Assembly: GCA_036172245.1 (NCBI GenBank)
Contig: JAYWIR010000017.1
Coordinates: 2,418,001 to 2,482,000, forward strand
Source of the DNA: Raillietiella orientalis
Lineage: Eukaryota
DNA length: 64,000 nt
Direction: 5' to 3'
Shown: positions 1 to 12,600 of the stretch, one piece after another
How positions within the stretch are numbered: position 1 is the first letter of the stretch
Layout of the letters: the number at the start of each line of letters is the position of its first letter
The notes under the pieces: generated by a model
Seen by the model: the letters and a program-made list of their open reading frames with translations, nothing else
Databases searched by the model: none
What the model was told of the DNA's origin: nothing
Position numbers and translations under genes: made by a program

Positions 1-133
1 TCTCGGAAGAGATCTCCTCAAGGAAGCAAATCTAGGAAGCAGCGAAACGCGAGGGGCGGGGCAGTGGAGCCGCACGCGGAAAATCAGACTATAGGAGGGG
101 GGGGAGGCGGGAACTGCTCGCTGCGGCTGGTCG

Positions 134-2100
134 ATGATGTTACGCCCCCACCCCGACCGACCGTCCGCAGACTCTGGTAGCCGAAAGCGACGCTCTCCAC
201 CGGTCGCGCACACCCAGGTCAAGACGACACCAGGGGCGACACGGGTGGCAGCCCAGGAGCTCACCGCCGCCCTCCTGCGCTGCGATCCCGAGAGGCGCCC
301 ACCCGGCTCAGCTCAGCTGCTGGACTGCGCGGCAGCAGCCGCCGCACGCTTCGGTTGCGGCGGCGGCGGCGGCTGCAGCGGAGGAGGCGGTGATGAGCGA
401 AGGGCCGTCAGAATCTCCCGGAGGGCGAAGCGCAGCCCGCGCGCGCACGGTGCCGGCGGCGGGCGACGGGTCACCTGGCGTCACGTCCACCGCAGCCCTC
501 CCGAAGGTTCCACGGCGATTAAGGGGGAGGAGAAGCGTCAAGCCAGCTCGTCTCCTCTCGTCGTCCCACGTGCGGCGGCAGCGGCGGCGCCCGGAAGACC
601 CGCGCGACCGCCGCGCGTCCACCTCCGGACCCGCTGCAGGAACGACCCGGCGAGCGGCAGCGAGGGAGGAGCGCAATCGTGACGCAGACGCGCGCTCTGT
701 GTGTTCTTCCCTTTCTTTCTTCCCCCCCTCTTCCCCACTTTTTCGTCCCTCCTCCCGTTTTTTTTTTCCAGTCGACCTCGGCGTCTTCTCGGAGTGTCCA
801 GACTGGCGGATCCTCTAGGACGCACGCGAACGACTGCCGTGCTAGAAGCGGCGATGGAAGAAATTAAAAAAAAAGAAAAGAAAGAAAAAGGCTCTCTCTA
901 TCTGACGCGCGCGCGAGAGAGCGAGCGAGCAAGATAGAGGGGCAGCAAGCAGCGTTCTTGCCCAGCCCACCTTCGCCCCCAAGAAGCGGCGCGACTACCA
1001 ACGCGAAAGGGAAAGAAAGGAAAAAAAATGGCGGTTGCACGTTCTCTGGGGGCGCACGCGTTGGTTGCCCCGGAGACGCGCGTCACCTGGGTAAGCAGAG
1101 GACCCGGAAGCAGCGTGCGACGCGGTGGCGGTGCAGGCGGGGGTGTCGCCCTGGGCTGAGACGCCCGTGGAGGTCTCTCCATAATTCACCTCGCGGGCGG
1201 AGCGCGGCGCCGGCCCTCCCCGCACTCGGGCAGACGACGGGCCGACGGGCCTCGGGGCCGCCTCCGGAAACTCCGGGTGTCGGCGGCTCTCAGCCTGGGG
1301 TGTTTGGCCGGCTTGGACCGAGGCACGTGGCCAGAGACGGGAGGAGAATGGCCGGGTCACTCCAGAAGCTGCCCCGGGGGAGGGCGGTCGCGAGCGCCCA
1401 TGCGACTTCGGGGGCTGGAGAGGCGGCCCGATCCTCGGGTCGTCCCGAACCCCCCTTACCTGCTCTCTACCCCCGCTACACCTCGTGAACCCATTGCCAC
1501 GAGTCAGGAGCGAGTTTCCTCGCGTCGTGCCTCGGGCGGTTGCCGACCACACGAGGGAGAGGTCTGGTCCCTTTGGGGTCCCGTCCCTGTCTCAGAGCCT
1601 TTGGGCCTCGGAGTCTGCTCCTAAGGCAGCGCCATATCGACGTGGGGAAAGGTCATGGCGAGGTCTACGAACCTCCCGGGGGCCTTTCCAACTCAACCCC
1701 GATCCTCCTCACCCTTCGCTACGGGGCGATAGTCCAACGCAGCAGAGCCTCTCGGTGGGCCGGGCGCCCGTGCTCATGCCAGGGAAGAGGGGAGAGGGGG
1801 TACATCTTGTGTGATCCGTGGCTTCCCCCCGTAGTTCCCCCGGCTCAGTTTCTCCAGGAAGCCGCCCGAGGCAGGGCCCGGACGGAGGGGGTGCCTCGGA
1901 ACCCCCTCGCCGGGAGCCTTCCTCCCCGCCCTTTGAACCGCCTGGGCCGGGGGGCCGCGTCCTTTCTGATTACCCGCATGCCCACCCCCTCCTTTCCTCG
2001 AGGGGGTGGAGGCCTCCAGAAGATTGACGGCCCCGCAGGGTGACCTCCGGGCTGCTCCGAGACGGGCGCCGCGGTCGCGCGTGCGCTCGCGGTCGCGCGT
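134..2100 (+). mobile_element. Degenerate L1/Tx1-like ORF1 (gag-like) remnants, probably two pieces
   Basis: GC-rich, frameshifted. Around 1700-1870 the + frame reads LLTLRYGAIVQRSRASRWAGRPCSCQGRGERGYILCDP, resembling the decayed 'Y.GQP..C..CG..GH...CP' knuckle of Tx1/L1 ORF1. Lies upstream of RT remnants. Confidence 0.4.
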
Positions 2101-2420
2101 CCGGCTGATGCGCGGGGCCTCCCATTGCCGCGCTATCGGACGGAGATCTTAATGAGTCGCTGCGCCGTGGGTGGCGCCGGCGCGCCGCCCCGCGTGAGGA
2201 CGGGCGCTGTGGAGGCGGGCGGACCCTCTTCTTTGCTTGCGAGGGGGCAGGGGCCGATCGCGCTATCTGTGGCCCTCTTCCCTCGCCAAGAGGGCACTCG
2301 GTTCCTCGTGCGAGCTCGCCGCGAGGTTCCTCCAGGAAACGTACGCACTACTTCCCGAACAGAAGTCTCTCGCTGCCCGCGGCCTAGTCAGCCTCTCCCG
2401 AAAGCCTTGCCCACAACTCT

Positions 2421-2538
2421 CCTAATCTGCTTCTTGTTTCTCCACTCCTCCCTCCCTCTTCCTCCCCTCCCTTCTCTTCTTCCTCCTCTTCCCCTCCCTT
2501 TCTCCTCCTTCCCTTCTTCTTCCTTCTCCTCTTCCTTT
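2421..2538. repeat. Polypyrimidine (CT-rich) low-complexity tract
   Basis: Almost pure C/T run (cctccctctt cctcccctcc cttctcttct ...), seen directly. Confidence 0.85.
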
Positions 2539-4599
2539 CGCGCGGCTCGATCCCGGCTGCCTGGTCTTCCCGGTGTCAGGTGACTCTGACCGCGCCTTGG
2601 TCACGCTCCTCCACTCATCCACCCTCCTTCGGGAAATCGGAGAGAAAACCCGCCAGCCCCGTGAGGGCTGGGCATCCCTCTATCCTTGCTTGACACGGAT
2701 AGAGCGGGTCCTGGGATGAAGGTTCCCGCGGAGTTTGGTGCCACCTGCGGAGGCAACCGGACTAGAGCGCCATCTCGGCAACGGAGGCGCAGGGGTGGAG
2801 AGTGGGATCTGTGGAGAGGCGCGAGGACTCACTGCGAGGTTCCATCCAAGGATTGGAGAGGCTGGAGACCGTTTTCAGGCAGTGTTGACTGGAGCTCCGC
2901 GAAGGCAACGGGGTGCTCCGTGAGTCTCCTCCTGTGAAGGTGCGCTTGTAGGGGTTTAGGTCGGGAAGTGATGGACGGAAGGTGGGAAGATGGGAACGCG
3001 GAAGAAGGAGTCGCCTAATAACACGCAGGTGGGGTCATCTGCATCTCCTTGCTGGAAGCCGAAGGACGCGGCCTCCATCCTCGTGGGCCAGCCGCGAGGG
3101 TTGAACGAGCGCGAGAGAGGAAAGGATGCTGTGACAGGACCATGAAAGGGAACGCCGGCGGAGAGTCCTTCTCTGGAGGCTTCATCTTCACCGAAAAAGT
3201 CGACCCGTTATCGGCGGATCGACCACAGCCCGAGGGCGGCGGCACAGCGGAGGAAAGGAGGGAGCGAGACGAGTTCCACGTGGGATCCGGCGGCTGCGCG
3301 AGAGCGGTCTCTACGGAGGCGCATCTCCGGAAGTTCAGAGGGCGCCTGTGATTCGTCCTGAGCACCCCGTGAGCCTTCCGCACTGCCGGCAACCCGCGCG
3401 GGTCGTGACCCATGCCTCTCCAACACAACCAGAGGGAACGCTGACTGCTGCTGACTTTCTCCTCTTCGCCGGGATGGGTGGGTGAGTGGGAAAGGGGTAG
3501 ATCATTTCAGGTGAGATGGGCGATGGATCCGGGAAATTACCGAGACTCCGTGCCTGTGTGAAGGTCTCCCCGCACTGTGAGGACCTTCCTTCAGGATGCT
3601 CGTGGCAGCGCGGGAGCTGCCAGGATCTCAGATCTTCCTGCCGGCTGCCTACGCGAGCGCCTGGTAGCCCTGCCCGAGGCGCACGCTGGGCGGCCGCTGC
3701 TGGAGGCGTCCAAAAGTCTGTGCGCCCGCGCCTACAGCCCCTCAGGAAACGCCCGGCTTCCTGATCGACAGGTTCAACCGCCCTCTGCACGACCAGCGCG
3801 CGACTGTCCTGCCTGCGGGCCTTCTCGGAACGAGGTGGACGCCGCTACGCTCTGCTGCGGAACGGAGAGGGCCCGTCGTCAGGCATTTCTGGAGCCCTCT
3901 GAATGAGCTGCGCGCTCGACTGAGTCCCGGGGGTCTCTCAGAAGCCTTCCTTTCCGCCTCAGGAGGTCGAGAGGGAAGCAGGCTGGTCGAGACGCTCCCA
4001 CCTTCCTCCTGATGGCTCTCCCGGCACGTCTTCGAACCCTTTCGCTCCGCGACAGCAGACGATCGAGCGGCTGACCTTCCTCCTCTGACGATCCTTTTTT
4101 TTTTTGTAAACGGATGGCTCCGGGCACGCTTGGGATGGTCGGCTCGGACAGAGCGGGAAAAACGGCGCCTCCCTCGGGTGGCCTCGCAAGACACGCTGCA
4201 ATGCGAAGGGAGAAGGAGGAGGAAGGGAAGTGAACGAAAAAAAAAGTCACGGCGTGCGAGGAGGAGGCCCATCGTAATGACGGAAATCATGAATTGTGGG
4301 GAGGGGAGGAGGAGGAAGATGAAAATGTGCTGTCGAGATGCGCCTGGATGACGATAGCCGGGCGTCCCGACGAGACGCCACCTTGGAAACGATTAGCGCC
4401 GCTCGGAGATCGAAAGGTCCTTTTCTGGACCGGGAGACCCAACTCCATCACCTAAGTATAGGTTCCGATGGACGATGCCCACATATGGCTCAGTGACGCA
4501 ATCTCCGGCGCCGCCCCATCCAGCGAGATTCCCTCGTCCGAGTCACAAAAGTGCCACGTGAAGCCGGAAATGCATGGGTCGACATGGCTCCCATCCATA

Positions 4600-5800
4600 A
4601 TTAGGGGGAATTAAATCCCCACGACCGGGATCCTCTTTGATGTTCAGACCTCTCCTCCCCTCCACGCGACTTGTGCTCGCGGAAAGGGGTCGCCCTCCCT
4701 GCAGAAAGCGGACAGGTCCCTCCAGGTCACCAGAGTGGAGCGGGACAGCCGCGCATGCCTCAGAAGAGGGAGAGGAGGGGGACAGCGATTCACGGAGGGA
4801 AGGGTTGGGATCTCCAGAAAACGACCTGGAGACCTAATTCTTCCTACGAACGCTGACGAATTGCAAAGGGAGTGCTGCAAGGGGGCTTTGGGGTCAGCAG
4901 CAGTAACGAAACAGTAGCACCCGCAGCACAAAAATCTCGTGACCCGCTTCTGAAACCAGACGTCCCTGTATTCCTGCAGTGAAGGAACGCATCCAGAGCA
5001 GACATCTCGTTCCCTTACCCCACCCTTGCTGTAGAACTCCCGGTCAGAACTAGTCTTAAATTGCTGTCTCCCGGTCAGGAGCTGCACCTACAGCCGTCCC
5101 AGTAGACTACTCAGACGGGGAGGGGGATACCCTGCCGCCCAGGGTGGCAACGAACAAGGTGATGGATGGAGATGTTGCTCTCCGTCAGCCGTGACGAGAA
5201 GAGCTCAGCATCCGAGATCTTCTGACGGAGCTCTGGAACTCGGTGGGACCGAGAAAAAGTGCTCCGCTATCATGGGGGGGTCACTGCTTGAGGCCTGAAA
5301 CCCAGGTCTCGAGGTCAGCGACGTCTCCCCTTCCTCGTGAGGCACCGTACAGATGCTCGGTCTCTTCTTAGCGGTGCAGGTCGAGAGCTAGACGAGCCAG
5401 CGGCGCCGCGATCCCTCAGTCTGGAATCGCGTTGCCATGCCGCTTTTTCCGCGAGAGAGTCACGCCGAGGCGTCACGTCGCCTGGCGCTGTTTTGGGATT
5501 GCATTGTTGGGCACCATTCCGATCGCGCACGTTGATGTCACGCCTGACCGAAGCGGCTCGGTTTTTAAGCCGTAGGAGCACGGGAAGGGAAGCAAGGAAG
5601 GGAGCATCTTCGCTGCCACCTCACACAACTGTCGAGACCACCACCAACTCTTCTGGACATCAAGTATCGAGGTACGCTGGAAGGCGCAGTTCCTGTAGAG
5701 GAAGAGAAATGGGCACTCGTAGAGCCTCCCTACATGGCACCGCAAAGTCGGGCTCTGGACGGGCCGGTTTTGAGTCGCTCACCCCGCACCAGTACTATTG
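4600..5800 (+). mobile_element. Degenerate L1/Tx1-like ORF2 reverse transcriptase fragment
   Basis: Ordered decayed motifs: DLQKTTWRP/ILPTNADE (~4810-4860; cf. DL.NWRPISLLNADYK); CCLPVRSC (~5060); LLSVSRDEKS (~5175; cf. LLSLDQEKAFD); IMGGSLLEA*NPGLEV..VSPS (~5270-5335; cf. NG.L...F...RGVRQGCPLSP); AHVDVT (~5526; cf. AYADDVT). Confidence 0.6.
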
Positions 5801-6249
5801 AGAACCTCGGATTGCATGATCATTCGAGTGAGGAGCACCAGCAAGATGAGAGTGAAAAAAATCGATTTCGCTCCTTTCGATTTCTGTTTCCGTTTCCGCA
5901 GTTTTATAAATGGCAGCTAGAGAGGGGCTTTATTCTTGGTTCCAAATCGCTGTTTTTCCCTTACTCATGGATTCAGGAGTTTTTCTAAAATTCACGGCTT
6001 ACCCTTTTGGCTTTCGGTAAGCTTTCAAAGGAGCTACAATGTCTACTTGAGTCATCCTTGGAGTCATCCGAATGATGACTTTGAGAGTGGATCCCCTTCG
6101 GCGCATCGAACTCGCTTTCATCCTCACGGCCAGCAAAGGCTGCAAGGACGAACCGCTTCTGGGGTCGAAGCCACTGGTATTCCTTTCCATCGCCTTTTGG
6201 CTGGACAAGGACGCTCTTTGGAACTCCTTCGCTACCAGAACACCTCATC

Positions 6250-7560
6250 CGCCATCTTGCTGGTGATACGCTGGGATTTCCTTGAGAACGAGAAACATCA
6301 CTAAGCCTCCACGGAAACGAACCCTAAGGAATGTGCCAACTGTGGAACAAGGGAAATTCTTCGGCTTCCGGAATGCTCCAGACTGAGGGTTGAGTGCTCC
6401 TCTTGGAACGCTCTCCTTTTTACACTCGATCACTCCTGGACACTTTTCGTGAATCTGAACAATAGAAATACAAGAATAAGAAGGGGAGGGAAGAAAATGT
6501 TCAGCTGGGCACTGGATTCAACGAAGGTCTGACGATTCCTGGAGTAGCTGGCTAGAGGGCAGTCGGCCGACCAGTGAGGCTTGCCTCGCTTCCTGTGAAG
6601 AATGCTGAATTTGACCCTTAAATTTGCCAGGAGGGCCCATCTCCCTCCTTGAGAAAGAGGGAGGTGCCTCATGAAGTGCTCCCACACGAATCGGAGGGCA
6701 GCACAATTCATGCACAAGTTCCCCTCCTCGCGCGTGAGAGTCTGGATTACCGGTCCCTCCTATCTGGTCATCTCACGCTACATGAAAATAGCAGACTCCA
6801 AAATGGAATAGCGTTTTCTGCAATTCAAGGGCTCTCCTCTCAATCACCATCATTCTTATGAAAAGTGTGGTTCAAGCTGGGATGTGGAAGACGTCTGGGA
6901 CGTCCGAGGAAACACTAGGTCGTCACCGGTTAGGCAACTCTATTTCTTCTCTCCTTTCCTTGCCTGACGCACAGTCTCTCAAGAGCGACTGCCATGACAA
7001 TCACGCGTCCGGTTCATCCTATCCTTATTTATCGTCCATCCCTACTCACCTTCTATTCTCCACTGCCATGTGCCCAGTAAAGTTCACATTATCAAGGGTG
7101 TTAAAGAGAAAAGTCCATCCTGTAGGGAAGATTCCATCATGATTCCCATCCCCAAAATTTCCGAATTGTGCAGACCAAATTCAAGTCTGGAAGACCGCAT
7201 CCTACAAGGGATTGCGCTTCCTGGCTGCATGCAAAGTGATTGTATGTGGTACCCATGTACTTCGAGAGTGGATGACGGACTGCAGTATTCTTGGCCAAGA
7301 GCAAGCAGAATGGCGTCATTCCACAGAATGGGACCTTGGGAACGAGCAGATACAGACAGATATCCTTGCATCCAAGCATTGCGTATATAGATATAGACGA
7401 CTTCAGCACTGCCTCGGATATAATCTACCCAAGAGCCGCTGCAAGAACTGCGAACCGAAGACTTCATCAAAATAGTATGGGAACCAAACAGGACAACAAA
7501 GGGAATCAAGAAGGGATTTCATGGTTCCACTCCTCGACTCCACGCATCTTATCCCATGGG
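6250..7560 (-). mobile_element. Degenerate L1/Tx1-like ORF2 fragment (RT C-terminal half)
   Basis: Minus-strand motifs in the expected order: AWMQGYLSVS (~QG.PLS), then SSRLEFGLHNSEILGMG (cf. ASGL.VN..KSEILGLG), then RFVWEHFMRHLPLSQGGRWALLANLRVK (cf. F.W....LP...GGLGL.NL..K). Confidence 0.6.
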
Positions 7561-7599
7561 CAGAGTGCAAAGGAATGAGATCCTATGGAACGAGATCTT

Positions 7600-8570
7600 T
7601 TTCGGCACGGCGCATTTGCCTTCGAGTATCCGTTGAAGAAGCTGACCACAGTCAGTACCTCGGCTCTTACGTCGGAGGAAACCAGCTGCCGTGACGACCG
7701 TCCCCTTGCAGGACGGGGCTTCGCCGAGACGCTTGTGACGCAGCATCTTCCAACTTCGCATGTGGCGCAGGCGTTTTCGCGCTCTCCTCTTTGATCACAT
7801 GTCCGGAACATGGTGCCGAGCGGAGCCATGGTGGACGCGGGCTGCGAAACCCGAGGCTCGCCCACCATGTGGAGTAGAGCTCGGCGACTGGTTCCACAAA
7901 TTCCTGGAGGAGCGCGTCGCGGTTCCGAACACGCTGATCTGCGACTCGGACCTCCTTCGCTACCAGCTCCTCGCCACCTCTCTAGTGCACCAGGGCTTCC
8001 ACCTCCAGATGACGAAACGCCACTCTGCCTCTGCAGCGACGGACCTCAGCACGCTCCCGTTGCGGAACGGTGGCCAACTCTTCCGTGTATGCGTCGCAAA
8101 CGAGTCGGGCTGTTGCAGGGATGGACGCTCATCGCAGGGGCACTGCACTTCCCCGTGCTGCTTGCAAGCTCTGCTCGAACGAACGTCCAGTTCTTCAGGA
8201 TTAGTACCGGCTCCCTCTCTGTCACCCCGTCCCCTTCGGCAGCGACGGTGGGCAGCATGGAAGAGGAAGACGGTGCCCCTGGGGGTTTGCAATCGCAGCC
8301 GCAAGCATGCGAAGGGTGCTGAAAGAATCCGAACCCGAACGAGGAGGCCACTGTGGTTAGGTGGACACATTTCCTTCGCTCCTCCTTTAGACGGACCCAC
8401 ACGGGCCCTCCAGAAACGCTTCGATCCACTCGAGACCGGTCCGTTCCACCCATACCCATTATCAAGTGGACCCGCGCCGCACCCACGCCCCTGCCTTTTG
8501 CTGCCCCCAGAGACATTGCCCCTCCTCGTTCCGGCCCTTCCTCATCGCAGAGTCTTTATTTATTGATTTT
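7600..8570 (+). mobile_element. L1/Tx1-like ORF2 C-terminal zinc-binding (zf-RVT-like) remnants and pyrimidine-rich 3' region
   Basis: LVTQHLPT...SPL, followed by Cys/His remnants and W..(WFHKFL); a second unit TLPLRNGGQLFRVCVANESGCCRDG..HCTSPC; then a T-rich tail at ~8550-8570. Confidence 0.45.
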
Positions 8571-9449
8571 CGGGACCCGGTGCGCCGCGGGCTTTTCGTC
8601 TGACGCGCGTTTCTGCTACACGCATGAAAAAATTTCCTTGCAACGGGAGCGGTGCATCTCCAGAAGCTCGGCGCCCTTTTTGAAGAGCACTAGACATCCG
8701 TGAAGGCGAGGATTCGAACTACGGGCAAGCCATGCTCCGGCCTCCGATGCCTCTACGGAGATTCGCCAAGGGATGCCAACAGTGTCTTCTACGTGGGAAG
8801 GTGCTTGAAGCCGTTCGAATCTTCCCCCCCCCTTCCTCCACTGCGCGCGTCGCGGAACTTTCCCGCCGCACTCTACAAGATGCGATCGAGAAAAAGATCT
8901 TTCGCGGCCAGCCTCCGGAGATGTCTAATGGTTTCGGGCAGACGTCGGGAAAATGCGGGCGGCTGCCCGGACACGTGAAGAGTACGAAGAGCGTGAAAGA
9001 GCGGGCGCCGCGCGCTGCATGCGTCCTGTCGAAGGAAGGCCGGCCGAAGGAGAGCCGGGCGGAGACGCCCAGCTCGCAGCTGGAACCGCTGTCTTCGACA
9101 GAACAACGAGGATGAAATCTGGAGTCCGGTAGTCGCAGGATTGTGTTCAAGAAGACATGGGTACTCGGATCCAGATGCACCTGGACCGACGAAGACAGGC
9201 ACGTCCTGCGTGGAATTCCGTCATGCAGCGTCCCACTCCTTATCCTGCGGATATCCTCTATAACTTCTGGGTTAAGAATCCATGCGCGCGTCTCGACTGA
9301 AGTCGCTGTCCGCAAGAGGAGCAGTCTGAAGAGAAGCGGAGAAGTGGAGTGCGTAGCAGAAGCACGCCGTTGCGCTTCCTCAACCGCGCTGCCAAAGGCA
9401 TTCTCGTCCACTCGGCACCGCACGATTGTCAGTGAACCACGTTGAGTGT

Positions 9450-12400
9450 TCGCATTAAAGTGTCGTCGCCCGAGGTCGGGGTGAAGATGTGGGGCGCCAA
9501 CTCGCAGCCGCTCTCGAAACTACTGCTTCGAGGAAAGGATCGAGCTCGAATTCTGGACGCGTCCTGCTGGCATCCCGGTCGGCTCGGTGAAAGAAGGAAG
9601 GCGGTTGCGCCCTCCGGACGTCGTCCTAGGGGATTGCCGCGCCAGCACGCGCAATCCTCGTGGTGTCCTGAGGACAGCCAGAAGCCAGCCAATTAAGTTG
9701 CCTCGACCCTGCGCCGGTAGCCCAAGGGAATCCTCAGCGTCGGATGCAGGAGCATCGTCCCCTGGGATACCCTCCACTCCCCGGAAGAGCTGTAGATCAG
9801 CTGACGACCCGATGCTCTAGAGAAGAAGTGTGGATCGCAAAGGACGCTCGCAACGTGAGCCTCCCGGCTCCAGCAGTTCTGGAGTGCCGGCCACGGGACT
9901 GTAAAGCACCCGCCCCCGAACGTTTGAGGTGCGCATCCCCGGCACTCGGAGCGCGGGCCGAAGGCTCGGGGCGGATTTCGAGCCCCAAGCAAAGGGCTCC
10001 TCCTCAAAGACTTCGAGCCGGATGCTGTTTTGGGTGCTGCTTCTCAGCAGTGGGACCGCGTGGATGCCGAAGAAGCGGTCTCGAGACCGATCACCATCTG
10101 GACTCCCCACTCTAAGGGGCTCTATATGCAAGGGAGGAACCGCAGCCGGGGGGGGCGAAGGCCGTGGGAACGGGGGACATTCCCTCTCCTGGTCTTCCTA
10201 GTGCATTCCCGAATCTTCAAAGGATTTTCATTGATTCGCTTTGAACAACTTGACCTCGCTCTTGTAAGTTTCTGCTGTGCGCGTTTCGTCCACCCCATCC
10301 CAGACTTCTCTCCAGAATCTCCCGCAGGCAGAAAAAAAAAAGAAAAAAAATCAAAAGTGCTACCTTCGGCCGAGATGGAATGTGGGTTTCCGAAGGTGGA
10401 GGGGAGGAAGGCTGCGTGTGGCATCCTCTCTCCTCACGATTTCCTGCGCCTACGAACTCGTATGGCAGGTGCAAGGATGTATCTTCCAGAAAGCGTTGAC
10501 CGTCCGTGTCTCTTCCTTGTTGGATGTCGGCGGAATTTCTCGAATGCTCTCGAGCTGAGGACTACCGAGGCCTCTCAGCTGACCATTGAACCTCTTTGTG
10601 AGGCATCAAAAGAGCGCGTGGAATGGATCCGAGGAGAACGATAATGGGTGGACTCTTCCCAGCCATGATGAAATCCTTGGAAACGGGGAGACCTGCCTGC
10701 AGATTCGGGTCTCGTTACCTGAAGCCTCGTGGCCGGTCAGCTCAAGGAATGAATTCCCTGCCTCCTTGGCGATGGGACATCAGAAGGGGAAACTCCTGCA
10801 AGTAGGTTCGGATTTCGGTCTGCTACCTATGGCCGATTCGCTTCCTGAGGGGTTGGTCCTATGGTGGGAAGCTGGAGATGTTTGGAACGGAGTGGGTGGA
10901 CCCCGTGCCATCGAAGCTGAGCTCTTCAGAGGTTCCCTGGCGGTCTGCCACCAGCTTTGAGGCGACGGCGGGCAAGGGTGCGGCACGCGTGAATGGGATT
11001 GCTCTTCGAGAGGGTAGATCCATGAGGCGGCGGCGTTCGCCAGTTCATTCACCCGTCAGTCAAATGCGCCTGAGACTCCCGGAGACGTCACACCGGAAAC
11101 CCCAGCACCTCGCGCTGAGCGTCCAGCGCCAGGAGGTTGCATGGAGGAAAGAAGGAGGAAACTGGGCGTGGGGCATGATCGGAGTACCTGAAAAGGCTGC
11201 TCGAAGACACTCTCCTCGTCACTCGACAGTAGATGGGCCGCTCTTCCGTCTTTGCACACTTACGGATAGTCGAGGCAAAGACTCTTCGCCCGGTCACGTC
11301 CCGGGGAGTTTATTCGAAAGGTGAACAAACCTTTTGTGAACCACTAGGCTCCCTAAAAGAACAAAAGGCAAGGGCAGGGACCTTCGGCCTTGCTCATCTC
11401 TAGTTGAACACCGGAAAATACCTTTCAGAACAGGGACTAGGTGAACAAACGTGGAAGGGCGAGGACAAGGGTCGCCGGTTTCAGACGTTCCTTCCTTCTG
11501 AAAAGGGCGCAAAATGCTGCCGATCTCCACCTTCACTTCCTCTTCTGAGTGAGGCCACCTAGCAACCGATCCTCATGTAGACTGCTGCCACGAGCGTGGC
11601 CTACTTCCTCTGCCCTTCCTTCTCCAAGGAGTGGTCGGGCCGTGACGGCAGTGCAGACGCGACATCTCGCCGCGATCGCTGAGCCTGTTGAGTCCACGCG
11701 TGAGAAGAATTGCCACTATGAGGCGGCGTCTCCCTGGCAACGGGGGGAGGGGGCGTTGAAACCTGCCCACTCCCATGTTCGCGGAGTGCTCTGCATTCCA
11801 AAAGCAGGTGCTGGATCGATTCCACCAATCCGCACTGGAACGATCTAGGGATGCAGCTACCCCGGAGGCGAGGTTCAGGCGCTGATTGCACTGGAATTCC
11901 CAGTGCATTCTCCAGCCTGTGTCCAGCTTAGGGGGAACATGGGGGAGTTCAAACACGAGGGAGGGACCATGAGTTCGTCCCTGGGGGCAGACTCAGCAGG
12001 TCGGACCACCGACGTTGGCCTTTGCAGATCAAGGAGTGGCGTCGTCCACCAGCTCGCTCGTCCTCCAGCTGCTCATGGATTTTCTCACTCCTGCAGTAAT
12101 GCGGGAGCGCTCCCCTCTCGGCGGCAGACCACTGTGGTCGCTTGACCTTAGGGAAGACGGCACTGCTGCAAGAAATGTGGCTGTCACGGGGTCCTCGACT
12201 TCTTCGGGTCCCGCAGCATCTCCCCCAAAGGGTGGCTGAGGAAGAGTCGCAGGGGTCGCACGAAGTTCCACTGTGCGCATTCCTTCGTACGCAGCTTGGG
12301 ACGCAACCGCCTTCTGCCTTCAAGCAGTGAAGCTCGGAGAAAGGCAGGAGACCTATGGATGAGCTTCCAGAAGGGAGGGGAGTTGCCTCGAGGGAAGGGG

Positions 12401-12600
12401 GAACGAGAGCAGTCCTTCGCTGTCCAGGCGCACCTGCGAAGAATGAGGCGCGCAGGCAAACATGACGGAGAAGTCCAGCAGTTTGGTTCAAAGGACCAAC
12501 GCACGGAGCTGGAGTTGGAGCCTGATTATCTCCAGCGTCGGGAATCCAGCATCCTGACACGAGGAGCGCGGATCGACCCTCCCCCCTGCCTCTCGCTACA
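9450..12600 (-). mobile_element. Degenerate L1/Tx1-like ORF2 (APE endonuclease plus RT)
   Basis: Minus-strand ordered motifs: VGPLNQTAGL, IGLLPFSELH (cf. DIIFLQETH), HWEFQC (cf. LGDFNC), PLKSSASMARG, ISAEGSTFD (cf. D.EKAFD), QERECPPFP (cf. RQGCPLSP), HIEPLR (cf. AIEPL). Many stops and frameshifts. Confidence 0.6.

Noticed and set aside
134..4350. Many 100-185 aa Arg/Pro/Ala/Gly-rich ORFs as host genes
   Set aside because: They overlap on all frames because of high GC content; the only recognisable motifs are decayed retroelement ORF1-like pieces.
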